Assembly: GCA_963737655.1 (NCBI GenBank)
Contig: CAVTTN010000002.1
Location: forward strand, 2,080,001-2,144,000
DNA length: 64,000 nucleotides
Reading direction: 5' to 3'
Source: an uncultured Planctomycetota bacterium
GTDB taxonomy: Bacteria; Planctomycetota; Planctomycetia; Isosphaerales; Isosphaeraceae
Shown piece by piece: positions 17,746 through 28,291 of the stretch (the stretch's first letter is position 1; every line of letters starts with the position of its first letter). Under the pieces are notes generated by a model. The model was not told where the DNA came from. It did not search any database and saw only the letters and a list, made by a program, of their open reading frames with translations. The translations under genes and the position numbers were made by a program.

Positions 17746-18558
17746 ATGACCGGGTTTGACCTCCTCAACGCCATCGCCGGGCCCGACGGCCAGGTCCGCC
17801 TGCTCGGCTGCCTGCCCCCGAAGCCCGACTTCGGCGGCCTGCCGAAGTTCGCCGCCTCCAACGCCGTCCTGCCCCGCGACCAGTGGCAGGACGTGGACCT
17901 CTCCCCCCTGGCCGGGAGCGTCTGGGACCAGGGCCAGCACGGCTCCTGCGTCGGGCACGGGAGCACGAAAGCCTTCGAGATCGCGTTCCGGATGGGCGGC
18001 GGGACCGTGCCCGACTCCGGGTTCAGCCCCACCAGCCTGTACGCCCTGGTCAACGGCGGGCGCGACCAGGGGGCGATCGTCTCCGACGCGATGGACGCGC
18101 TCCTGCAGAAGGGCGTCTGCACGATGGCCGAATGCCCGGAGTCGATCATCTACTCCAGCCGGATCCCGGCCTCGGCCAACGCCACCCGCCAGCGGTTCCG
18201 CGTGGCCGACGCCTATCACTGCTCGACGTTCGACGAGATCGGCTCGGCGCTCCAGCTCGGGTTCCCGGTCAGCTTCGGGATCACCCTGCACGGGGCGTTC
18301 AACAACCTGAACTCCGAGGGCGTGGCCGGGATCGGCTGGGGCGTCCTGGGCGGCCACTGCATGTGCGGCTACGGCACCAAGAAGCTCAAGGACGGCTCCT
18401 GGGCGATCCGCGTCCGCAATAGCTGGGGCCCGAAGTGGGGCCTGGGGGGCGACTGCCTCCTGATCGAAAACCACTTCGGCTCGGATTGCGACGCCTTCGC
18501 CATCCGGGCCGACATCCGAGACCCCCAGGACCCGGCAAATTCGCCGGCCGCGTCCTGA
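17746..18558 (+). CDS. C1 (papain-like) cysteine peptidase
   Basis: Catalytic motifs DQGQHGSCVGH (Gln, Cys), GGHCM (His) and VRNSWGPKWG (Asn). Confidence 0.9.
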   Translation: MTGFDLLNAIAGPDGQVRLLGCLPPKPDFGGLPKFAASNAVLPRDQWQDVDLSPLAGSVWDQGQHGSCVGHGSTKAFEIAFRMGGGTVPDSGFSPTSLYALVNGGRDQGAIVSDAMDALLQKGVCTMAECPESIIYSSRIPASANATRQRFRVADAYHCSTFDEIGSALQLGFPVSFGITLHGAFNNLNSEGVAGIGWGVLGGHCMCGYGTKKLKDGSWAIRVRNSWGPKWGLGGDCLLIENHFGSDCDAFAIRADIRDPQDPANSPAAS

Positions 18559-18633
18559 GGGTCCGGGAAGAGTCATGAGAGGGAAGGGACCCGGGGCCGA
18601 GCGATCGGTCCCGGGGCCGATCCGGGCCCGAAT

Positions 18634-18675
18634 CCGGGCGGCATGCCCGGGAAGCAGACGGGGCATGCCACCCGG
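18634..18675. repeat. short inverted repeat with CCGGGTGGCATG-type ends
   Basis: CCGGGCGGCATGCCC (18634-18648) versus GGGCATGCCACCCGG (18661-18675), 1 mismatch; ends shared with the 10623 and 62313 elements. Confidence 0.55.
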
Positions 18676-18807
18676 GAAACCATCGGTCGAGTTTGCGGCC
18701 CTCGCAGGATCGCCGAGGGGGCCGGTGGTGATGTAAGCTTATCAGACCGATCCGTCTCTTCCTGGGTGATGGAGCCCGCCAGTCGAGATGGCGGAGAGGG
18801 ATGAACC

Positions 18808-21800
18808 ATGTGCCCGGCCTGCGGACGACCCGTGCCCGTCGATGCACCTCAAGGGCTCTGCCCGGCCTGCCTCCTCGGCGCCGGACTGCCTGGGGACTCG
18901 ACGCGCGACCACGTCCCGGCCGAGGCCTGGCCCTCGACGGCCGCCGCCGTCGGGACCACCGACGCCTCCTGGGCCACGAGGACGACCGCGACCCGGCCCG
19001 AGGGCGGTGAGATCGCCGCCATCCCCGGCTATCAGATGCTCGACCTGCTGGGCCAGGGGGGCATGGGCGTCGTCTACCGGGCCGTCCAGATCGGCCTGAA
19101 TCGCCAGGTCGCCCTCAAGACGATCCGGGGGGATGCCCGGTTCCAGAAGGACCAGTTCGAGAGGTTCCGCATCGAGGCCGAGGCCGTCGCCCGGCTCCGC
19201 CACCCCAACGTGGTGCAGATTTTCGAGATCGGCGAGGCGGGCGGCCTCCCCTATTTCTCGCTGGAGCTGCTGACCGGAGGCACGCTCGCCGCCCGCCTCC
19301 GGCAGGCCCCGATGACCCCGACCGAGGCGGCCCGAGTCCTCGCCTCCCTGGCCCGGGGGGTCCAGGCGGCGCACCAGGCGGGGATCGTCCACCGCGATTT
19401 GAAGCCGTCCAACGTCCTCTTCGACGCCGACGGCACGCCGAAGGTCGCCGACTTCGGCCTGGCCAAGCGGCTGGAGGCCGACGACGGCCAGACCCACACC
19501 GGCCAGGTCATGGGGACGCCCAGCTACATGGCCCCGGAGCAGGCCCGGGGCGAAAACCGCGGGGTCGGGCCGGCCGCCGACATCTATGCCCTGGGCGCGA
19601 TCCTCTACGAGGCGATCACCGGCCGACCGCCGTTCCGGGGGGCCTCGGCCTCGGAGACCGTCCTCCTCGTGATCACGGCCGATCCGGTCTCTCCGACCAG
19701 GCTCCAGCCCCGATTGCCCCGCGACCTGGAGACGATCTGCCTGAAATGCCTGGCGAAAGACCCGGCCCGGCGCTATGGATCGGCCGAGGCCCTGGCCGAC
19801 GACCTCGCCCGCTTCCTCGACGGCCGATCGATCCTGGCCCGGCCGGCGCCCTCGTGGGAAAAGGCCGCGAAGTGGGCCAAACGCCGGCCGATCGCCTCCG
19901 GGCTGGCGATCGCCTCGGTGGCGGCCGTCGCCGTGGTGATCGGCGCGGTGGAGCAGTCCCGATCGGCCCGGGAGGCCCTGGGGCAGTTGAAGAACGATCA
20001 GGTCGTCCGCGAATTGAACAACGCCCTGACGGCGCTCGACACCAGCCGGAAGCAGCCGCCCGCCTCGGCCCGCGACACGCTCGGGGCGCTCCTCCGCCGG
20101 CTCGACCGGGCCGAGCCCCGGTTCGCCGAGGTCCGCGGGAGGGCCGAGGAGGAACTCCGGGACGTCGATCGGACGATCGCTCGCGACGAGGCCCGGGCCC
20201 GGGTCGCCCGGGACTTCGAGCGGTTCCGAACGCTCCGGGACCGGGCGATCCTGCTCGACGGCGAGGCGTCGCTCCTGCCCGATTCGCTGTTCGAGGACGA
20301 CGGCCCGACCGTCCCCCGCGCCCTGGCCGACGACGAGGACCGCCGGTTCCCCGCGAGCCTCCTGCCCGGCGACCGCCGGCCTCCGACCCGCCGAGAGGCC
20401 CGGACCCGCGAGGCCCGGACCACGGCCGGCGAGGCCCTCGCGATCCTGGCCTCGGGGCCGTCGGCCGAGCTCTCCGACGACCAGGCCGAGGAGCTTCGCT
20501 CGGGCCGGCTGATGGTCGCCCTGGCGCTCTCGGAGGCCGTCGCCCGGCCGTTGCCCGGCGAGGATCCGAAGGCGCAGGCGAGAGCGGCGATCGCGGTGCT
20601 CGATCGGGTCGCGGAGCAGTCGCGGCGAGGCCCGGCCTATCACCTGAGGAGGGCGGCTTGCCTGAGGAGGGCCGGCGAGGCCGGCGAATCCGACCGGGAA
20701 ACGGCGCTGGCCGAGGCGTCCGCCCCGAATGACGCCGTCGATCACTTCCTGCTGGGTCAGGAACGGAGCCGGAGGGGCGACTGGGACGGCGCGAGATCGC
20801 AGTTCGAGGCCGCCCTGAAGCTGCGGAGCAACCTGTTCTGGGCCCGGTGCCTCCTGGCCGTGGCCTTCCTGAACGCCTCGCCGCCCAGGCCCGTCGAGGC
20901 CCGCGCCGAGCTGTCGATCGCCCTGGACGATCACCCCGATTTCGCCTGGCTGTACCTGATCCGAGGGGCCGCCGACGGCCAGCTCGGCTCGGTCCTGGCG
21001 GCGTCGGCGAGGGTGGCCCGCCCGGCCGATTCGAGTCGCCTGAAGGCCGAGGCCGCCGGCCGGTTCGCCGAGGCCGAGGACGATTTCCGGAGGGCCTCCG
21101 AGCTGGGCCTGGATCGCGACCTCGAATACGTCCTGAGGATGAACCGAGGCGCCCTCCGCTTCCAGAGAGGGCGGCTCGACGACGCCCTCGCCGATTTCCT
21201 CGCCGCGATCCCTTTGTCCGGAGGCCGGTACAACCCTCACGCGTCCCTGGCGATGACGTACCGGAAGCTGGGCAAGCCCGACGAGGCGGTCGAGGAACTC
21301 GGGCGGGCCCTCGCGCTGGAGCCCAGGCTCGCGGCCCTGTATCGAGGCCGGGCCCTGGCTCGCCTGGACCGCACGGACGTCTCGACCGAGGCGGCCGAGG
21401 AGGCGATCGCGGACCTGGAGACCTCGGCGAGCCTGGAAGGATCGGCCCGCAACGCCGCGACCGACCAGGCCTTCCGGGCCCGGCTCCTGCTGAAGCTCGA
21501 TCGGCCCGAACAGGCCCTGGCCGCGTCCGAGTCGGCGCTGAAGGCCGCGCCCGATCATCCCTATGCGAGGCTCGTCCGGCTCTATGCGTTGCTGGACCTC
21601 GAACGGTTCTCGGACGTCCTGGCGGCGTGCGACGCGATGGCGAAGGAGGAGGCGCCGAGCCCGGACCTCTTGCGGCTCCGCGCGGTGGCGAAGCTCGCCC
21701 GGAAGGACTTCGCGGGGGCCATCGAGGACGCCTCCCGGGCCCTGGCGCTCCAGCCCGGCTGGGCCCCGGCGCTCCGCAATCGCGGCTGGGCGTACCTCTT

Positions 21801-22280
21801 CTCGGGCGCCTCGGAGCTTTCGTGGAGGGATTTTAACGAGGCGATCGCCGCCGAGCCGCGATCGGCCGAGGGGTTCTCCGGTCGGGCGTCGGCGAACCTC
21901 CTTCTGGGCCGGATTCGCGAGGCGATCTCCGACTCCGAATTCGCTTTGAAGGCCGCCGAGCCGACGGCCCGGACCTTCTACGCCGCGGCGAGGATCTATG
22001 CCGGGGCCGCCGCCTCCACCGCCTCGGAGGCCGCGCCAAGGGCCGGCTCGACCTCCTCCGCGACTCCTCGGCGTTCGAGGCCCGCGCCGCGTCCCTCCTG
22101 AAGGACGCGCGGGACCGGACCCCGACCGAGAAGCGGCCGACGTTCTTCCGCGACCTGATCGCGCCCGACGCCGGCCTCTCCCGCTTGATCCGCCGCGATC
22201 CCGGCCTCCTCCGCGACCTCCGCGTCTCGCCCGCCGCCCCGGGCCTCGCGAATCCCTCGGCAAGGGAGGACCGACGATGA
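18808..22280 (+). CDS. Hanks-type Ser/Thr protein kinase with N-terminal Cys motif, TM helix and TPR repeats (apparent frameshift near 22035)
   Basis: CPAC...CPAC; LGQGGMGVVY, VALK, HRDLKPSN, DFGLAK, GTPSYMAPEQ; TM IASGLAIASVAAVAVVIGAV; TPR-like repeats. The ORF as written stops at 22101; a shifted frame continues to TGA at 22280. Confidence 0.9.
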
Positions 22281-25200
22281 CCGCCTCGCCCCAGGCCCGG
22301 AAGGGCCCCGACCGCCGGCCCCGTCGCCGCCGTGTGGGGACGGCCGAGAGGCTCGAAGCCCGCACCCTGCTCTCGACGCTCCCCTCGCCGGACCTCGCGA
22401 GTGCCTCCCCCCTGAGCGTCCCGGCCGACGTGACCTCGGGCTTCGCCGCGCCCGCCGTCCCGGCGTTCTTCGCCATCCGCGACGCCACCGAGGTTCGCCT
22501 GGTCGCGACGGCCCACGCGATCCCGAGCGAGCCGATCCGCCTCTCCGTCCTCGACGCCACGGGCCAGCCTCTGGCCCAGAGCGACGGCCTGGGCCTGGCC
22601 GGCCCCGACCCTCGGATCGATCAGCACTTGCCGGCCGGCTCGGCGTACCTGGAAGTCCAGTCGCTGGGCCGTCCCGTCGCGTTCTCGCTGACGACCCTGG
22701 CCACGCCCGCCTCGCCTCCGTACCAGACGATCCCGATCGACCCGAGTCCGGGGGGCCTCGCCGACGGGACGGCCGAGACGTCCGGGGACACGAAGCCCCC
22801 GACGGCCGTGGCCGACTTCAACGGCGACGGCCTGCCCGACCTCGCGGCGATCGACGGCATCCACCTCGCCCTCGGGGACGGCACGTTCGGCCTGCCGACC
22901 ACCCCTCTGCCGATCCCGACCGATCAGCTCGCGGGCCTCGGGCCGATGATCGCGGCGAGGATCGACGGCCGAGAGGATTTGGTCTACACCACGTTCCGGC
23001 CGTCGCCAGGGACCGTGACGATCCACCTCCTGATCGGCCACGGGGACGGCACGTTCGAGGCGGGATCGTCGTTCGATGTCGCCGCCCCGGGCCCGGCCGA
23101 GACCCTGGTCGAGGGCGACTTCAACGGGGATGGCCGGCCCGACCTGGCCTTCACCTCGGTCGATGCCCAGCTCGCGACCGACGGGACCGATGGCTTCCTC
23201 GACGTCCTTCCCGGCCTGGCCGGCGGAGGGTTCGGGGCCTCGCGGTCGCTGGACCTCGGGCCGGTCGATCCGGTTTCGATCGCCGTCGGGAACTTCCTGG
23301 GCGACGGCCGGGACGAACTGGCCGTCGGCCTGGTCGATGAGACGGCCCAATCGAGCCGGGTGGCCGTCGTCTCGACGAGGCCCGACGGCTCGTTCTCCCG
23401 GGAGGCGAGCCTGGACCTGGGCCCGGTCCTTCTCGGTCACGACCTCAACGCCGACAATCGGCCGGCGAACCCCGGCGCCGGGTCCGTGATTGCGGCGGAT
23501 TTCAACGGCGATGGCAAGCCGGATCTGGCCGTGGCGGGCCTGACGGTCCCGGCCGGCGACCCCCTGGCGGGCTCGGGCGAGGTGGACGTCTTCCTCAACC
23601 AGGGAGGCGGTCAATTCGCCGCGCCGGGCCGGGTGAATCTCGGGGATTTCGTGCCCGACTCGCTCGCCGCGGGCGATTTCACGGGCACGGGCCGGATCGA
23701 CGTGGCCGCCCTGGGCTTCGTGAGCGTGACCTCCGGCGGCGGCTACGCCCTTCGACTCCTGGCCGACACGTCCTCGTCGGCGGGCCCGGCCTTTTCCGTG
23801 GAGAGCCCGATCGCCTCCTCCTTCTCGGGAGATGGCCTCGTCTCGGCCGACGTGAACGGAGACGGCAAGGACGACCTGATCGTCTCCGACGGCGGCCAGA
23901 CATTCGGCACCGCGTTCTCGGGGACGGCCTCGACCCTGGGATCGGTGGATGTCGCCATCAGCCGGGGCGACGACACCTTCCGCGACGCCTCCACCGTCAG
24001 CGACTTCCCGAACTACGGCACCAACATCGGCGACGAGCTGGCCGGCGACTTCAACGGCGACGGCCGGATGGACCTGGCCATCGATGGCTACTCTCCCGGC
24101 TCGTCGCCGGCGAACCCCACCAGCGAGATCGACGTCTACCTCGGCAAGGGCGACGGGACGTTCAACGCCCCGTCGGTGATCAGCGTGGGGACCCTGGCGA
24201 TCACTTCGCTGATCTCGGCCGACGTGGACGGCGATGGCCATCTCGATCTCGTGGTGGCCGGGGCGTTCATCTCGGCCGACGGCACGAGTTCTTCCGCCGA
24301 GATCGAGACGTTCCGGGGGCGGGGCGACGGGACGTTCGGCGGCGCCGAGGTCCACGACCTGGGGCCGGGCCTGCCTTTCTCGCTGGCCTCCGGCGACTTC
24401 AACGGCGACGGCCGGGCCGACCTGGCGTTCGTCTTCGCCCATCCGGAGCTTGATCCCTCGTCCGGAGGGACGATCGACGTGCTGGAAGGGCTCGGCGGGG
24501 GGACGTTCGGCGCGCCGACCACTCTCGATCCCGATGCGGCCCTGCCGGCGGCCTCGGTCGCCTCGGCCTTTCGGACTGATGTCATCTCCCTCTCCGTCGC
24601 CGACGTCAACGGCGATCGCCGGGCGGACCTCGTCGCCGGCCTGGACCTGGAACCGGGGGTCGGCGCCGTGGAGGAAAACTTCGTCGAGACCTTCGACGGC
24701 CGGGCCGACGGCGGGTTCGCCGCTCCTCGCGTCTTCGACTTCGGGACGGCCCGGGAGATCGCCTCGATCGTCCCGGCCGACGTCAACGGCGATGGATCGG
24801 TCGATCTGGTGGCCCTGGTTGACGACCCCATCGCCGGGTTCGAGGTCTTCCTCGGCCGATCCGACGGCTCGTTCGATCCGCCGATCTTCACCGACCTGAC
24901 CGGCGATCAGCCCTCGTCGCTGGTCGTGGCGGACCTCGACGGCGACGGCCATCCCGACCTCCTGATCGACCTCGGCGAGGACTTCCAGGCCGGGACCGCC
25001 GAGTTCGGCGCGTTCCTGGGCCGGGGCGACGGCTCGTTCGGGGCGCCGACCGTCTCCGAGACGTCGATCCCGATCGGGACGACCGCCGTGGCCGACTTCA
25101 ACCGGGACGGCCGGGCCGACTTCGGCGCCGGATCGATCGACCTGGTCCCCTCGATCGCCTTCGGCCTGGGGGACGGCGAGTTCGTGAACGCCTCGGACCT

Positions 25201-28114
25201 CGCCGCGACCGTCCGCGAGGACCCGGTGGCCGCCGATTTCTCGGGGGACGGGGTCGATGACGTCCTGGTGATCGACGACGCCGGCAATATCCAGTGGCGG
25301 AAGGGCCGGCCGTCGTCCCCCGGCTCGTTCGACCCTCCCCAGATCATCAACCCGGGCGTCCCCTCGCGCGACCTGGCCGTGGTGAGCACCGCCGCCGGGC
25401 TGTTCCTGGTGAGCGTGGACCTGGACGACAACGCCCTGACCGTCTTCGCCGATCGCGGAGGCCGGTTCGTCCGCGTCCGCTCGATCCGAACCGGGCTGGT
25501 GCCGGCCCAGGTGATCGTCGGCGACGTGAACGACGACGGAAATGAAGATCTGATTGTAAGGAACGCCGGGGACGGCACCGCGACGGTGTTCCTCGGCTTC
25601 GGCGACGGCTCGTTCGGCCAGTTGGAGGCCGTTTCCATCGGCGTGACGGCCGCCGACATCGCGCTGGCCCGGCTCGATCCCGGCTCGCCCGCAAGCCTGA
25701 TCGTCGCCGATCGGGGGGGCGGTCAGGTGCGGATCTTCGCCGGGATGGCCGACGGCGAGTTCGGCGATCCCTCGCCCTATCCGGCCGGGGCCGGGCCGTA
25801 CGGTCTGGGCGTCAACGACGACGGAGACACCGTGGTGACCTCCGACGAGGGCACGGCGGGGGTCGCCTCGGGCACCTTCGCCGAGGGCGGGAACCTGGAC
25901 CTCGCGGCGATCGACCCGGGGACCAACTCGCTGGCCGTCTTGACCGGGCTGGGCGGCGGAAGGCTGGCGAACCCCCGGCCGATGCCGACGAGCTCGCCGG
26001 GAGTCGTCGTCCGCGCGGGCGATTTCGACGGCGACCACGTCGAGGACCTGGCCGTCCTCACCACCGAAGGGCTGCTGGTGTCTCTCTCCGATCGCCGGGG
26101 CGGCTTCCTGCCCCCGGAACTCTTGCCCGCCGGGCCGATGCCCAACGGCCTGACCCTGGCCGACGTCAACGGCGACGGCCACCTCGACCTGCTCGTCGGC
26201 GACGCCTTCGGCGACGTTTTGACCCTCCTGGGCAACGGCGCGGGGACGTTCGCGCCGTACCAGGCGGCCGACCAGCAGATCTCCGTGGCCGTCACGGGGA
26301 TGGCGGCGAATGGCTCCCCGCAGTTCGCCATCGCCGACAAGGGCGGGGACCTCGTGGCCGTCCAGGCCAGCCCGACGGCCTCGGCGCAGACCCTGGCCGA
26401 CTCGTCGCAGGGCCTGATGGCCCCGGGCGCCGTCACGGCCGCCGACCTCAACGGCGACGGCAAGCCCGACCTGATCGTGGCCGACAGCGGGGCCAATACG
26501 ATCGTCGTCTATCTCGGCCTGGGATCGGGCGAGTACATGGCGGGCCAGACCTTCCCGGCCGGGACCTCCCCGGTCAGCGTGACCGTGGCGGACCTCTCCG
26601 GCGACGGCATCCCCGACCTCGCCGTGGCCGACCAGGGCTCCAACGACGTGGCCACCCTCCTGGGCCAGGGGCAGGGGGCGAGCTGGACCCTGATGCCCGG
26701 GATTCGCGTCCACGTCGGCTACGGGCCGGCCGCGATCGCCGTGGCCGACGTCAACGGCGACGGTTTCCCCGACCTGCTCGTCTCCGACAGCGAGTCCAAC
26801 GACGTCCGGCTCCTGTTGGGCCGGGGCCACGGCTTCTTCGACGACCAGCACGAACAGGTTTTCGCCACCGGCACCTCGCCCGGCCCGGTCTTCGTCGGGC
26901 ACTTCTCGAACGGGAGCGCGCAGCTCGACCTGGTGACGGTCAACGCCGGCTCGAATGACCTCACGTTCATCCCCGACATCAATGGCGGCAACACCCAGGG
27001 CCAGGGCCTCCCCTCGGGCGGGCTCGACCCGATCGCGGCGGTGGAGGAGACGTTCGCCGGGGGCACGACCGGGTTGCTCGTCGCGAACAACGGCGATGGG
27101 CGGCTGTCGTTCTTCGTCGGAGGAGACGCCGGCCTGGAGTTCGTCTCGACGTTCGAGGACGCCTCATTGCCTCATCCCACGTCGCTGACGTCCGACTCCC
27201 TCGGCGACGTGTTCGGAGGGACCGAAGGGGTGGACGCGGCGATCCCGATCGCCCTGGGCCTCGATCTCGCCTCCGAGGGGACCACGACCGGAGAAACCAC
27301 CGGCGAATCCGGCGGCGAGACGGTGGGGACGACCGCCGGGCCGATCGAGATCGGCTCGGTGGAGGCGGCGGCGAATGCTCCCGAGCCCGAGACGGCCGAC
27401 GTCCAGTCGTCGCTCCTGCAACCCCTGGCCGGCTCGTCCCTGGCCCTGGTCGCCACGCTGTTCGTCGGGACGGTCGAGCCGTCGGAAGGAGAGTCGATCG
27501 CCCTGGAGACGGCCGCCGAAGGCGCCGCGATCGAGGCGACGAGCGGCCAGGCGGCGCTGCCCAACCAGGGCCGCCCCGGGAACGGCGGCCCGGACGGCCC
27601 CGACGATGGCGAGGGTCAGGGCGAAGACGACGGCTCGCCCGAGACCCCCGCCCAGGGGCCCGCCCCGCCCGACCCGTTCGTCTGGTTCCTGGCGGGGCTG
27701 GAAGAGGATCTCCGCCAGGCCGGGGCCGAGGCCCGCGCGGCCGATCGCTTGCCGAGGGCGGCGATCCAGGCGCTCTCGGCCCTGTTCTCGGCCTGGCCGT
27801 TCGCGGCCGATCGCGGAGCACCGACCGAGCCCGAGGCCGAGCGACCCCCGAGCCCGGACGCCGTCGAGGACTCGCGACCCGAGGATGCTCCGACGATCGA
27901 CGCCCCCGCCGGCCTCACCGATCGGCCCGAGGCCGAGGGCCGACCGGACCTCTCGATCGGCGCCGCGGCCGTCGGCCTCGTGCTCCTGACTCGTCCCCTG
28001 ATCGACCCACGAAGGCCGCGAATCCGGCGGACCGTCCGGCGACGATCGGCCGAGATGGCCGGCCGGCCGGGCGATCGCGGCGATTCGCGATCGACTCCCG
28101 GCGCAGGGCCTTGA
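22277..28114 (+). CDS. large (~1945 aa) extracellular FG-GAP/VCBS repeat protein with LEPR-XLL N-terminus
   Basis: RBS GGGAGG, ATG at 22277; basic N-terminus with ERLEARTLLS; about 20 D(F/V/L)NGDG.PD(L/I) repeats; acidic low-complexity region; C-terminal hydrophobic stretch and Arg-rich tail. Confidence 0.9.
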   Translation: MTASPQARKGPDRRPRRRRVGTAERLEARTLLSTLPSPDLASASPLSVPADVTSGFAAPAVPAFFAIRDATEVRLVATAHAIPSEPIRLSVLDATGQPLAQSDGLGLAGPDPRIDQHLPAGSAYLEVQSLGRPVAFSLTTLATPASPPYQTIPIDPSPGGLADGTAETSGDTKPPTAVADFNGDGLPDLAAIDGIHLALGDGTFGLPTTPLPIPTDQLAGLGPMIAARIDGREDLVYTTFRPSPGTVTIHLLIGHGDGTFEAGSSFDVAAPGPAETLVEGDFNGDGRPDLAFTSVDAQLATDGTDGFLDVLPGLAGGGFGASRSLDLGPVDPVSIAVGNFLGDGRDELAVGLVDETAQSSRVAVVSTRPDGSFSREASLDLGPVLLGHDLNADNRPANPGAGSVIAADFNGDGKPDLAVAGLTVPAGDPLAGSGEVDVFLNQGGGQFAAPGRVNLGDFVPDSLAAGDFTGTGRIDVAALGFVSVTSGGGYALRLLADTSSSAGPAFSVESPIASSFSGDGLVSADVNGDGKDDLIVSDGGQTFGTAFSGTASTLGSVDVAISRGDDTFRDASTVSDFPNYGTNIGDELAGDFNGDGRMDLAIDGYSPGSSPANPTSEIDVYLGKGDGTFNAPSVISVGTLAITSLISADVDGDGHLDLVVAGAFISADGTSSSAEIETFRGRGDGTFGGAEVHDLGPGLPFSLASGDFNGDGRADLAFVFAHPELDPSSGGTIDVLEGLGGGTFGAPTTLDPDAALPAASVASAFRTDVISLSVADVNGDRRADLVAGLDLEPGVGAVEENFVETFDGRADGGFAAPRVFDFGTAREIASIVPADVNGDGSVDLVALVDDPIAGFEVFLGRSDGSFDPPIFTDLTGDQPSSLVVADLDGDGHPDLLIDLGEDFQAGTAEFGAFLGRGDGSFGAPTVSETSIPIGTTAVADFNRDGRADFGAGSIDLVPSIAFGLGDGEFVNASDLAATVREDPVAADFSGDGVDDVLVIDDAGNIQWRKGRPSSPGSFDPPQIINPGVPSRDLAVVSTAAGLFLVSVDLDDNALTVFADRGGRFVRVRSIRTGLVPAQVIVGDVNDDGNEDLIVRNAGDGTATVFLGFGDGSFGQLEAVSIGVTAADIALARLDPGSPASLIVADRGGGQVRIFAGMADGEFGDPSPYPAGAGPYGLGVNDDGDTVVTSDEGTAGVASGTFAEGGNLDLAAIDPGTNSLAVLTGLGGGRLANPRPMPTSSPGVVVRAGDFDGDHVEDLAVLTTEGLLVSLSDRRGGFLPPELLPAGPMPNGLTLADVNGDGHLDLLVGDAFGDVLTLLGNGAGTFAPYQAADQQISVAVTGMAANGSPQFAIADKGGDLVAVQASPTASAQTLADSSQGLMAPGAVTAADLNGDGKPDLIVADSGANTIVVYLGLGSGEYMAGQTFPAGTSPVSVTVADLSGDGIPDLAVADQGSNDVATLLGQGQGASWTLMPGIRVHVGYGPAAIAVADVNGDGFPDLLVSDSESNDVRLLLGRGHGFFDDQHEQVFATGTSPGPVFVGHFSNGSAQLDLVTVNAGSNDLTFIPDINGGNTQGQGLPSGGLDPIAAVEETFAGGTTGLLVANNGDGRLSFFVGGDAGLEFVSTFEDASLPHPTSLTSDSLGDVFGGTEGVDAAIPIALGLDLASEGTTTGETTGESGGETVGTTAGPIEIGSVEAAANAPEPETADVQSSLLQPLAGSSLALVATLFVGTVEPSEGESIALETAAEGAAIEATSGQAALPNQGRPGNGGPDGPDDGEGQGEDDGSPETPAQGPAPPDPFVWFLAGLEEDLRQAGAEARAADRLPRAAIQALSALFSAWPFAADRGAPTEPEAERPPSPDAVEDSRPEDAPTIDAPAGLTDRPEAEGRPDLSIGAAAVGLVLLTRPLIDPRRPRIRRTVRRRSAEMAGRPGDRGDSRSTPGAGP

Positions 28115-28291
28115 TCGGTTCCCGAACTCGGGCCTCGACGACCGTGGAGAACACCCGGTTGCGAGTCGGTCCTTGTCGGGTCCGCCCTCGACCTGGCGAA
28201 ACCTGGACCCGACTTCGGTCGCACCCGCTCGACTTCCTTCCTCGAACGTGCCTTTCTGCGAAGCAAGCATCACCCTCCCGGAAGCCGCAAC

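Noticed and set aside
16776..18558. Intact prophage
   Set aside because: No integrase, terminase, capsid, tail genes or att sites in the window
18788..18810. Possible additional frameshift at the kinase start (upstream ATGs at 18788 and 18801 in other frames)
   Set aside because: The ATG at 18808 has a well-spaced GGAGAGGG RBS and begins the Cys motif directly; no shift is needed
22800..26800. Repeated GACTTCAACGGCGACGG-like DNA that could look like an array
   Set aside because: These are degenerate, irregularly spaced coding FG-GAP repeats; not CRISPR, and no cas genes are present
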